Both the position numbers and the translations under genes were made by a program. The notes below the pieces were generated by a model that saw nothing but the letters and a program-made list of their open reading frames with translations, ran no database searches and was not told the origin of the DNA. A stretch of 64,000 nt of DNA, taken from positions 5,650 to 69,649 of the IMG/VR virus record IMGVR_UViG_3300033067_000884. One strand, 5' to 3'. Shown here piece after piece: positions 55,420 through 63,801 of this stretch (its first letter is position 1; the number at the start of each line of letters is the position of its first letter). This stretch comes from a virus. Taxonomy: Duplodnaviria > Caudoviricetes.

Positions 55420-56001
55420 ATGGGTATACTTGAGCCTGAGTTTAGTAAGCTCCATTGGCCCCCTTTGGTGCGTGAGGTTGTACAAACCGTGCAGTATCCG
55501 GGATATAGGTATGAGTTTTTCAAGAGTTTTAGAGAACTTGATAGTTACTTCGCAGAACATGTGAGTCCTGATTGGAAACATGAAGCTTGGGCTGAGTATT
55601 GGATCAATCAACATCTTGAGACAAAAAACAATGATCGCAGGGAACTGGAATCAAAGTTGCAGCCTGCGCTGAACAAAGCATATAGAACCGGCGCCCGTGA
55701 CATGCAACAAATAAGCAAATTGACATTCGCGTATCTAAATGAGAACCCCAAGACATCTAGTTACAAGATATCAATGTGGCTAAAATCGCACGGTATAGAG
55801 GTGAGCCAAAAATCTGCTTGGCGAATGTTACGTAAATGGAAATCTGACCCGGATAGATTGGTATATAACACTGCAACGCATAAATATGTAAGCAACGCCT
55901 ATCTACATAATGTTATTACGCCATTAGGTACTCCCATACCAGAGGGATATACAAAAATACAGTGGCGTAAGGATTGGAACCAAAAGTACGGACTATGCTA
56001 A
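55420..56001 (+). CDS. hypothetical protein with winged-HTH-like segment
   Basis: SSYKISMWLKSHGIEVSQKSAWRMLRKW. Confidence 0.65.
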   Translation: MGILEPEFSKLHWPPLVREVVQTVQYPGYRYEFFKSFRELDSYFAEHVSPDWKHEAWAEYWINQHLETKNNDRRELESKLQPALNKAYRTGARDMQQISKLTFAYLNENPKTSSYKISMWLKSHGIEVSQKSAWRMLRKWKSDPDRLVYNTATHKYVSNAYLHNVITPLGTPIPEGYTKIQWRKDWNQKYGLC

Positions 56002-56447
56002 AAGGTAAGATTTATGTCATTCAACACAGCAACTCACACTATTATAAGATCGGTATAACAAGTGATACGGTATTTAGGCGTGTTGCAGAGTTACAAACCG
56101 GCAATCCTTATACACTCATACCACGCCTTGAAAAGTCTGTCGAGTATGCTAGTCTTGCAGAAAGTATGCTACACGAACGATACTGGTATCAACGTGGGCT
56201 TGGTGAATGGTTCTATTTTGACCCGGAGGATGAGAAGCATTCCGAAAATATTGATAATGTTATTGCATATATAAAGAATGACCTGGACAAAGACATATCC
56301 ACGCGTTTGGGACTTATTGGGGAGTACTTGAATTGTCCCTACTGTAACAATACGCTGCCTAATCAGACACTATACAATAAGGTTGTCGCTAAGGGATTTT
56401 GTTCTCGGTGTAATCCTAGAAATAAAATGTTTAAAGGAACTAAATGA
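55995..56447 (+). CDS. T5orf172/MUG113-like GIY-YIG domain protein
   Basis: KIYVIQ...YKIGIT...RVAELQTGNP...ESMLH...GEWF; start moved to MLKGK. Confidence 0.85.
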   Translation: MLKGKIYVIQHSNSHYYKIGITSDTVFRRVAELQTGNPYTLIPRLEKSVEYASLAESMLHERYWYQRGLGEWFYFDPEDEKHSENIDNVIAYIKNDLDKDISTRLGLIGEYLNCPYCNNTLPNQTLYNKVVAKGFCSRCNPRNKMFKGTK

Positions 56448-57307
56448 AAGCACCATTTAGCTGGTTCGGAGGAAAGACATTCATGATTAAGAAAATGCTG
56501 CCCTACATTCCGGAACATATTGTCTATGTAGAAGGCTTTGGGGGCAGCGGCGCGTTGCTATTCGGTAAGCCCCCAGCTAAGGTCGAAGTGTACAATGACC
56601 TTAATTCTGGGCTTGTGCATTTCTATCGTACATTACGTGATCCGGAACTAGCCCCGCGCTTACAAGAACAACTTTTCTTAACGCCATATAGCCGCGAGGA
56701 ATTCTTCCACTCGCGGGAGGCGTGGAAAGATCAGCAAGACCCAGTAGAGAAAGCACGAATGTGGTTTGTTGTAGCGCGTAATTGCTTTGCCAGTTCTTTT
56801 GAGACTGGTGGATGGAGACGATCAACCGGCGCTAATTCACGCGGCATGGCTCACGTAGTCTCTGCGTACTGGTCATCTATCGAAGCTTTCCCAGAGCTGC
56901 ATAATCGACTACTGGGCGTCCAGATAGAGAACCTAAGCTATGAGAAGCTTATCCCTAACTATGACTCAAAGGACACCTTCTTCTACTTCGACCCGCCATA
57001 TGTATTAGAAACACGCACTGGTGGCAAGCAGTATGAGAAAGAGATGACTAGCGATGATCATTTTGCTTTTATCAGCAATATGCTTACCATTCGCGGTAAG
57101 GTTATGATTAGCGGCTATGAGCATCCTATCTATACGCAGCTCGTAGATAATGGGTGGACGCGTGTAGATATCGATGTAGCTACTACTGCTGGGCTATCTA
57201 AGAAGCGCGCCCTTGAGCAAAGACTAACTGGTGAGTCAGTATATGGCGCAAGAGAGCGTCGGACTGAATGTTTATGGATGAATTATACTCCTCCGGAGGT
57301 CACGTGA
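56444..57307 (+). CDS. DNA adenine methyltransferase (Dam/D12 class)
   Basis: WFGGK, EGFGGSGA (motif I), YNDLN, FDPPY (motif IV). Confidence 0.93.
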   Translation: MKAPFSWFGGKTFMIKKMLPYIPEHIVYVEGFGGSGALLFGKPPAKVEVYNDLNSGLVHFYRTLRDPELAPRLQEQLFLTPYSREEFFHSREAWKDQQDPVEKARMWFVVARNCFASSFETGGWRRSTGANSRGMAHVVSAYWSSIEAFPELHNRLLGVQIENLSYEKLIPNYDSKDTFFYFDPPYVLETRTGGKQYEKEMTSDDHFAFISNMLTIRGKVMISGYEHPIYTQLVDNGWTRVDIDVATTAGLSKKRALEQRLTGESVYGARERRTECLWMNYTPPEVT

Positions 57308-58059
57308 CAATAACAAATATCTTTGATACTGGGTATACAAACCATATCGACGCTGATGTACACCCAAACGGTAAGTCTATCTACTTGGCGATTAATAAGA
57401 CCGAGAGTAAGAATCGGGTAAATTACTATAATCTAAAGATTGTAGAAGTAGATAGAGCAACTCGTAAGGTTGTACGTATCATACGCGAATATAATCAAGG
57501 TGTCCAGACCCCCGGCCCTGTTGGGTATTGCACAGTGAAGTGCTTACCTGACGGGGCTTTATTTGTCGGTCTTGCGATTACATCCACAAAAGATAGCAGC
57601 CAGGTGGTAGCGGCGATTGATATCATTGAGAATATTATTCCTGTATTTACGCCGGGGTCTACAAATACGACGAATCCAACGCCAACTAGTACAGTTGATC
57701 AGACAGCGCGTGATTCTGCATATCAGGCTTTAGCAGCAGCAGCGGGCGTTAAAGGCGACGTTAAGGTACTCAATACTACATTAACTCAATCGGTCAATAC
57801 GCTGAACGCCAAGATAGCTGCACTGCCCACAAAGGATTATGTATGGCAGAATATTGCCGACCGCATAGCATTAGAGATACAGAATACTGCGGTAGATGCA
57901 TCGTCCGTCTTTGAGTCGCCACTCTTTATAGGGTTTGTAAAAGCGCGGGCGCAGGAAGTATTACTTGATGCTATTCAATACGCCAAGGCTAACCCTACAA
58001 AGTCGGCGTTATATGGACTAATCCAGTCGGCTATCCAAACAGAATTGAGTAAGAAATAA
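57304..58059 (+). CDS. hypothetical protein (beta domain, S/T/P linker, coiled coil)
   Basis: GTG start after GGAGG, overlapping the methylase TGA. Confidence 0.7.
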   Translation: MTITNIFDTGYTNHIDADVHPNGKSIYLAINKTESKNRVNYYNLKIVEVDRATRKVVRIIREYNQGVQTPGPVGYCTVKCLPDGALFVGLAITSTKDSSQVVAAIDIIENIIPVFTPGSTNTTNPTPTSTVDQTARDSAYQALAAAAGVKGDVKVLNTTLTQSVNTLNAKIAALPTKDYVWQNIADRIALEIQNTAVDASSVFESPLFIGFVKARAQEVLLDAIQYAKANPTKSALYGLIQSAIQTELSKK

Positions 58060-58787
58060 TGTCTCGCAATCTTCTCTTGTTACTTCCTCACCAAGCTGCC
58101 GCAACGCCACCCAGCGGGCCGAGTGACGCATATATCAACAATATGATCACACTCAGCCCCGAAGCATACTACCCGCTGAATGAGAATAGCGGCACTACTG
58201 ATCTAAGTGGCAATGGCTTTGATGTAGTAGCACATAATGTCACATTTAACACTGACACGGGTATCGGCGATGGGTATAAAGCGGCGACATTTGATGGGGC
58301 AAGTAGCTATATCGATTTAGCCAACATGCTCACGGCGTTTAATGGTAACTCCGGTACATTAGTATTCTGGGCTAAGACAGCAGCATGGGCCGATGCAGTA
58401 CAGCGATTTGCTGTGCGATTTGCTGTGACTGGTAATAGCTTAAATGTAAATAAATCGATTCCTACAAACCAACTACAGTTCACGCGTATTGCTAATACAT
58501 CATCAACCAAATCAGTAGTAGATACATCACTGGCTGGGACGGGCGATTACTTCTTTTGTGCATTTACATGGAGTACAGTGAATGCCCAGATCAAAGCATT
58601 TATTAATGGTAGTCAGGTAGGTAGTACACTAGCACCAGTTGTAGGGTTCACTGCAAGTCCCACGACCGCTGCAATTGGTGCATCTGCCCCTGGGGGTAGT
58701 GGATTCTGGGTAGGCAATATCGCCCACTTAGCCGTATTTAATATAGTATTAGACCCAACAGTGATTGCTAGTCTAGCCACTGTTTAA
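58059..58787 (+). CDS. LamG/concanavalin A-like domain protein (putative virion accessory)
   Basis: AYYPLNE...D..GNG, FDG..SYI, FFCAFTW, FINGSQVG, GNIAHLAVFN..L. Confidence 0.8.
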   Translation: MSRNLLLLLPHQAAATPPSGPSDAYINNMITLSPEAYYPLNENSGTTDLSGNGFDVVAHNVTFNTDTGIGDGYKAATFDGASSYIDLANMLTAFNGNSGTLVFWAKTAAWADAVQRFAVRFAVTGNSLNVNKSIPTNQLQFTRIANTSSTKSVVDTSLAGTGDYFFCAFTWSTVNAQIKAFINGSQVGSTLAPVVGFTASPTTAAIGASAPGGSGFWVGNIAHLAVFNIVLDPTVIASLATV

Positions 58788-58805
58788 TGATAGGTAGAAA
58801 ATATA

Positions 58806-59141
58806 ATGAGTTCATTTGCAAGTAACGCGCTGACAGCAACGATACCGAGTGGCGGGTCACTAAGCGGTCGAATACGCATCGGGGATAATGCTGTCGTAGC
58901 GATTGTTGTATCCGCCGCTATTGATGTCACATTCCTTGGAAGTCTCGACGGCGTTACATTTTATGATATTTATGACGGGGCTTCTGTCTATACCCTTGCA
59001 GTAACAGCGGGCGTATTAACAACGCTCGACTTGAATCAGTTCCTGGCCCCGCTTTGGATTAAAGTACAGTCAGGCACTACGGGTTCTCCTGTAACTGTTG
59101 GGTCAGACACAAGTATTATAGTGGTATCTAAAGAAATATAA
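58806..59141 (+). CDS. small beta-rich putative virion protein
   Basis: 111 aa between two LamG genes. Confidence 0.6.
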   Translation: MSSFASNALTATIPSGGSLSGRIRIGDNAVVAIVVSAAIDVTFLGSLDGVTFYDIYDGASVYTLAVTAGVLTTLDLNQFLAPLWIKVQSGTTGSPVTVGSDTSIIVVSKEI

Positions 59142-60160
59142 TGTCACGCGAATTACTGCTATTACTTCGCCCATCTCATTCATCAGCTCCTGCTCCTGAC
59201 CCGTGGACGAGCGTATCACTACAGCCAGATGAGACATGGGTTGCATCCGATCACGGGTTCTCTGACGGAAACATGTTAGGCTATGAACTAGAATATGTCT
59301 CCGGCACGGTTGATTTAATCGTTGTGCAAAAGCAAGTCAGTGCATTTGTGTGGACAAACATAGCATTCCTGAGCCCACTGGCATCGTATACAATTCCAGT
59401 AACAGACCCAATCAGAGTATACAATGACATCGACGGTGACCCGGCAGTATTCAGATACAGAGCGCCGGGGACGAGTTCACCATTACTAACCAATCTAGTG
59501 GCGTATTATAAACTTGGGGAGGCTTCTGATATACGCTTTGATGCAACGAACCGGGGTAATGACCTTACTCCAATAAACGCCCCGGCGAATGCTGTCGGTA
59601 AGCAGGGCAATGCATTAGAGATTATACAAGCCAGCGACCAGGAAGTAAGCACATCGACTACGACTGATTTAGCAATGGGTGATATTGACTTTACATTAGC
59701 CTTATGGGTGTATGCAAACGACCCTGCTGGTGCAACTGAATATCCATCGCCGCTCGGTAAATGGGTGCCTGATAAAGAATACATACTTTACTATGAACAG
59801 TCGAGCGGGTCATTTGGCTTTGAGATAAGTGCTGATGGTACAACGAGTACGACTGTACGGGTAGCTAGTCCACTTGTACAGGGCGATTGGTATTTTATCG
59901 TTGCGCGGCATAAAGCCAGTACAGACACGATCGATATATCAGTAAATGCTGGTACGCCAGAGTCAACAACCCATTCAGGCGGCTGTTATAACGGTGGTTC
60001 GCCATTTGAGCTGGGATATGGCTATGGTAACATTGCATATGGCTGGGGGCATTGGGATGGGCGTATTGATGAAGTAGGCGTTTGGAAGCGATACTTATCA
60101 GACGCCGAGGTGACGAGTTTATACGCAGGAGGTAATGGGGTAACATATCCTTTTAGTTAA
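59141..60160 (+). CDS. LamG/concanavalin A-like domain protein
   Basis: LVAYYKLGE, FTLALWV, WYFIV, GRIDEVGVWKRYLSDAEVTSLY. Confidence 0.85.
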   Translation: MSRELLLLLRPSHSSAPAPDPWTSVSLQPDETWVASDHGFSDGNMLGYELEYVSGTVDLIVVQKQVSAFVWTNIAFLSPLASYTIPVTDPIRVYNDIDGDPAVFRYRAPGTSSPLLTNLVAYYKLGEASDIRFDATNRGNDLTPINAPANAVGKQGNALEIIQASDQEVSTSTTTDLAMGDIDFTLALWVYANDPAGATEYPSPLGKWVPDKEYILYYEQSSGSFGFEISADGTTSTTVRVASPLVQGDWYFIVARHKASTDTIDISVNAGTPESTTHSGGCYNGGSPFELGYGYGNIAYGWGHWDGRIDEVGVWKRYLSDAEVTSLYAGGNGVTYPFS

Positions 60161-60165
60161 GGGTG

Positions 60166-60253
60166 ACGCCAATCAACGCATACCATGCTTGTATGCAAAC
60201 ACCGCCAGCATATTGTTTGTTGATTTTATCTTTACGAAGATAGGCGGGGGCGT
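60166..60253 (+). ncRNA. unassigned pseudoknotted multi-junction RNA structure
   Basis: Five Watson-Crick stems plus a 5-bp loop-to-3' pseudoknot filling an intergenic gap (see findings). Confidence 0.7.
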
Positions 60254-60267
60254 AGTTAGAGGTATAC

Positions 60268-61299
60268 ATGAGACGGTATATTTTACTGGCGTTAGTATTT
60301 ATGGGACTCTTAGTGATTCCCGCATCTGCTGCTACAGTATCACCTGGCATTTGGATTTCTCGGACGGAAATTATGTCATTACCCATGACTGGATCAGCGT
60401 GGCTTAATGTAAAAAAGCAAGCTGACTCAAACTGGGGAAGCCCAAATCTCAGCGACCTAAATAGTAAGCACGACGTTTACACACTTGCAGGGGCACTCGT
60501 TTACGCACGTACAGGTCAGCAATCATATCGCGTAAAGACCGCCAATGCCATTATGAGTGCTATTGGGACAGAGAAAGATAGTCGCGGCCTTGAGGTAAGT
60601 AGAAATATTGTATCTTACGTCATAGCGGCGGATATCATCGATTTTCGTTCGTATGACCCTGTGCGAGAGAGTACATTTCGCTCATGGCTCACTACGCTTA
60701 GAACGCAGAAAATGACTGATGGTAAAACAATCATCTCGACACATGAAGGACGACCAAATAACTGGGGCACCCACGCCGGTGCCGCTCGTATCGCTATCGA
60801 TCTATATATCAACGACCGAACTGACCTCGATAGAGCTGCGAAAGTGTTTAAAGGGTGGTTGGGAGATCGCTCTGCATATGCAGGCTTTAAATATGGTGAC
60901 CTAAGTTGGCAAGCAAATAAGTCAGCTCCTGTTGGTATCAATCCACTAGGTTCTCAAATCCAAGGCAAGAATGTCGATGGCGTACTGCCCGATGATCAAC
61001 GTCGATCTGGCGGCTTTACATGGCCTGCGCCGAAAGAGAACTATGTATGGGAAGCACTTCAAGGAGCTAGCGTACAAGCACATATGCTAAATAGAGCCGG
61101 GTATGATAGTTGGAACTGGTCGAATAAAGCGCTATTGCGCGCAACGATGTGGCTATATTCAGTCGATAATTATCCAGCAGAGGGTGATGATACATTCATT
61201 CCCTGGATAATCAATAACGCGTATGGCACATCATTCACTACGAAGCCAGCAGCTATCGGTAAGAATATGAGCTATACTGACTGGACATTGGGGCATTAA
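60268..61299 (+). CDS. secreted alginate-lyase-like polysaccharide lyase
   Basis: Sec signal peptide MRRYILLALVFMGLLVIPASAA; helical domain with PNNWGTH, DDQRR, YVWEALQ. Confidence 0.65.
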   Translation: MRRYILLALVFMGLLVIPASAATVSPGIWISRTEIMSLPMTGSAWLNVKKQADSNWGSPNLSDLNSKHDVYTLAGALVYARTGQQSYRVKTANAIMSAIGTEKDSRGLEVSRNIVSYVIAADIIDFRSYDPVRESTFRSWLTTLRTQKMTDGKTIISTHEGRPNNWGTHAGAARIAIDLYINDRTDLDRAAKVFKGWLGDRSAYAGFKYGDLSWQANKSAPVGINPLGSQIQGKNVDGVLPDDQRRSGGFTWPAPKENYVWEALQGASVQAHMLNRAGYDSWNWSNKALLRATMWLYSVDNYPAEGDDTFIPWIINNAYGTSFTTKPAAIGKNMSYTDWTLGH

Positions 61300-61308
61300 A
61301 TAAAGCGG

Positions 61309-61330
61309 GGGAGTACAACGGCGTACTCCC
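61309..61330 (+). terminator. stem-loop, possible weak terminator or processing site
   Basis: GGGAGTAC-AACGGC-GTACTCCC with a poor U-tract. Confidence 0.45.
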
Positions 61331-61347
61331 TCATTAAAGGATAGATA

Positions 61348-61572
61348 ATGGATAGAGAGAATGTAGACTTGCAGTGGTTTATTGTTACTACTGTTGAGGG
61401 TGTTCGTGAGTTTATCCCATCATATACAAAGGACGGGGATGGGCCGTATCTTGTAGTTGCCGTAGGAAACAAAGGTAGTATGGTATGGTCATACGAGGTT
61501 ATGAGCGATATTTATAACGCGTATAAATCTGTACTAGACACATTGGGAACGCCTACTGCAATGGCAGCATAA
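61348..61572 (+). CDS. hypothetical protein
   Basis: 74 aa, SD AAAGGA. Confidence 0.65.
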   Translation: MDRENVDLQWFIVTTVEGVREFIPSYTKDGDGPYLVVAVGNKGSMVWSYEVMSDIYNAYKSVLDTLGTPTAMAA

Positions 61573-61580
61573 GAGGATAT

Positions 61581-62543
61581 ATGAAAATACTTGTTACGGG
61601 CGGCAATGGGTTTGTAGGTTCAGCAGTTGTAAAGCAACTGAAAGAAGAAGCTAACCACGATATTGCTGTATTAGATAATCTTATGTCCGGGGCAAATATA
61701 CACCCGGACGTTTATTTATATCACGAAGATATCCGGGATGAATTTCGAATGTCTCAGATTATCCCAGAGTTCGATCTTGTTATTCATCTAGCAGGTATCG
61801 TTGGCGTACCAGCATGTAGCGTAGATGAACAATTCGCGTTTGATGTAAATGTTGTAGGTACGCAGAATATCGTACGCAATCTTAAACCCGGAGCGAAGAT
61901 TATCTTTACATCGTCTACTTCTTCATATGGTAATAAGGTAAACCAGCTCGTTACTGAAGAAACGTCACTGACGCCGCTGACAAATTACGGGCTACATAAA
62001 CTATATAACGAGACAGAGATTACCCGGCATACGAATGATTATATTATTGTACGCCCGGCTACTGCTTTTGGTATGTCACTACGTACGCGACTAGATGTAT
62101 TACCGAATACACTTATCTATGATTCATTGACTCTACCGCATTTGAAAATCTTTGAACCACATGTCATTCGGCCCTTTATTCATGTCTATGACTTTGCACG
62201 CGTACTTGTATACGCAGCCAATGGGAATATGCCGTGGACTGAAATCTATAATATTGGCGACCCAAATCTCACAATGCAGAAGGGTGAGTTAGCTACTGAA
62301 ATAGCATCATATGCAAGAACCTCGATAGAGTACGTAACCGGCAATGACCCCGACCAGCGTAATTATAATGTGTCATTTGATAAGCTGCTAGCAACGGGGT
62401 TCACGTTTGGTAACTTCGCGCTGCGGCACGCATTTACTCAGGTCGAGGATAACTTTGATGTTATCCGGAAGAATTATGATCAGTATAATACACCATATAA
62501 TGTAAGGAAGTATATAAAGGAATATGGTACACGATATGCTTAA
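61581..62543 (+). CDS. NAD-dependent nucleotide-sugar epimerase/dehydratase (extended SDR)
   Basis: TGGNGFVG, HLAGIVG, TSSTSSYG, YGLHK (YxxxK). Confidence 0.92.
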   Translation: MKILVTGGNGFVGSAVVKQLKEEANHDIAVLDNLMSGANIHPDVYLYHEDIRDEFRMSQIIPEFDLVIHLAGIVGVPACSVDEQFAFDVNVVGTQNIVRNLKPGAKIIFTSSTSSYGNKVNQLVTEETSLTPLTNYGLHKLYNETEITRHTNDYIIVRPATAFGMSLRTRLDVLPNTLIYDSLTLPHLKIFEPHVIRPFIHVYDFARVLVYAANGNMPWTEIYNIGDPNLTMQKGELATEIASYARTSIEYVTGNDPDQRNYNVSFDKLLATGFTFGNFALRHAFTQVEDNFDVIRKNYDQYNTPYNVRKYIKEYGTRYA

Positions 62544-63801
62544 TACACATACAACGCGCACGACTTGTAGATTATGCAATGGCGATCTCAAGGACGTATT
62601 GAGTCTTGGTTCTATCTACGTCTCTTCATTCGTCTCGGATGGGGAAGAGCTGCCGCCGACTATTCCCATTGACTTGGTTGAGTGTACACAATGCGGCGTT
62701 ATGCAATTACGCGACACGGTTAACGGTGATGTAATGTATCGTAAGTATTGGTATCAGAGCGGTCTAAATAAGTCAATGATAGCCGCCCTCAAGAATGTAG
62801 TTGACGAAACACTCAAGCGTGTGGAAATTGTACAAGGCGATGTTATTGTTGATATCGGCGCTAATGATGGTACACTCCTACGCCATTATAGTGATGATGT
62901 ACAGAGTAAGTCATGGTTAGTGGCGTATGAACCATCAAACCTATCATCGATGATCGGTGACGCCGCCCATTTTGTAATCAATGATTACTTTAACGCTGCT
63001 GCATATGCTCGGTTATTCAGAGTCCCTGCCAAGATTGTTACATCGATTGCAATGTTCTATGACCTTGAGGACCCGCATACATTTGTAGAAGATGTCAAGA
63101 ACATTCTTCATGCCGATGGCGTATGGACAATACAGCTAATGGACTTATTGTCGATGGTACGCACTAGCGATTTCCCTAATCTCTGCCACGAACATCTTGA
63201 ATACTACAAGCTTTCTGACATTGAGCGATTAATGCAGGAGCATGGTCTTGAAGTATTTGATGTTGAGTACAATGACGTAAACGGGGCCAGTCTCAGAGTA
63301 TATGTCGGGCATAAGGGTGCCCATACAATTACGCCAGAGACAATGCGCGCTGATTACGATGAGAAAGACTTCTTTGAGAGACTAGGTGATGTTGGTACAT
63401 ATTTCAAGCAGGCAGTGGAGAATGTACGCAACGGCGTTGTATCGTTCATAAAGTATCAGCGCTCAAACGGTAAAACAGTTGCAGTAATGGGCGCGAGTAC
63501 GAAGGGAAATACAATCCTTCAGTACTTTGGTCTCGGCCCTGATGAGATTTGTCATGCAGCAGAGGTAAATTCAGATAAGTTCGGCAAGTATACTGTTGGT
63601 ACAAATATCCCCATTATCTCTGAGACAGATTCACTGGCACAAAAGCCTGATTATTACTTGATTCTACCGTGGGGGTTCTTGAATAATTTCATTAACCGCA
63701 ACGTTGAGTATCTTGAGAACGGCGGGGCTTTTATAACGCCATTACCTGAGCCTGCTGTTATTACACTGACTAAAGGAGTTATCGGTATATGGCCGATTTA
63801 A
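62524..63801 (+). CDS. NDP-hexose 3-C-methyltransferase
   Basis: CRLC...CTQC zinc site, DIGANDG SAM motif, CHEHLEYY, MGASTKGNT, KPDYYLILPW. Confidence 0.9.
   Translation: MVHDMLNTHTTRTTCRLCNGDLKDVLSLGSIYVSSFVSDGEELPPTIPIDLVECTQCGVMQLRDTVNGDVMYRKYWYQSGLNKSMIAALKNVVDETLKRVEIVQGDVIVDIGANDGTLLRHYSDDVQSKSWLVAYEPSNLSSMIGDAAHFVINDYFNAAAYARLFRVPAKIVTSIAMFYDLEDPHTFVEDVKNILHADGVWTIQLMDLLSMVRTSDFPNLCHEHLEYYKLSDIERLMQEHGLEVFDVEYNDVNGASLRVYVGHKGAHTITPETMRADYDEKDFFERLGDVGTYFKQAVENVRNGVVSFIKYQRSNGKTVAVMGASTKGNTILQYFGLGPDEICHAAEVNSDKFGKYTVGTNIPIISETDSLAQKPDYYLILPWGFLNNFINRNVEYLENGGAFITPLPEPAVITLTKGVIGIWPI

Noticed and set aside
55393-55614. 73-aa minus-strand ORF
   Set aside because: Shadow of plus-strand ORF 55420-56001, which follows the consensus promoter
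60153-60407. ORFs 60153-60386 (-) and 60189-60407 (+)
   Set aside because: No SD; they overlap the lyase gene and the structured RNA, which explain the interval better
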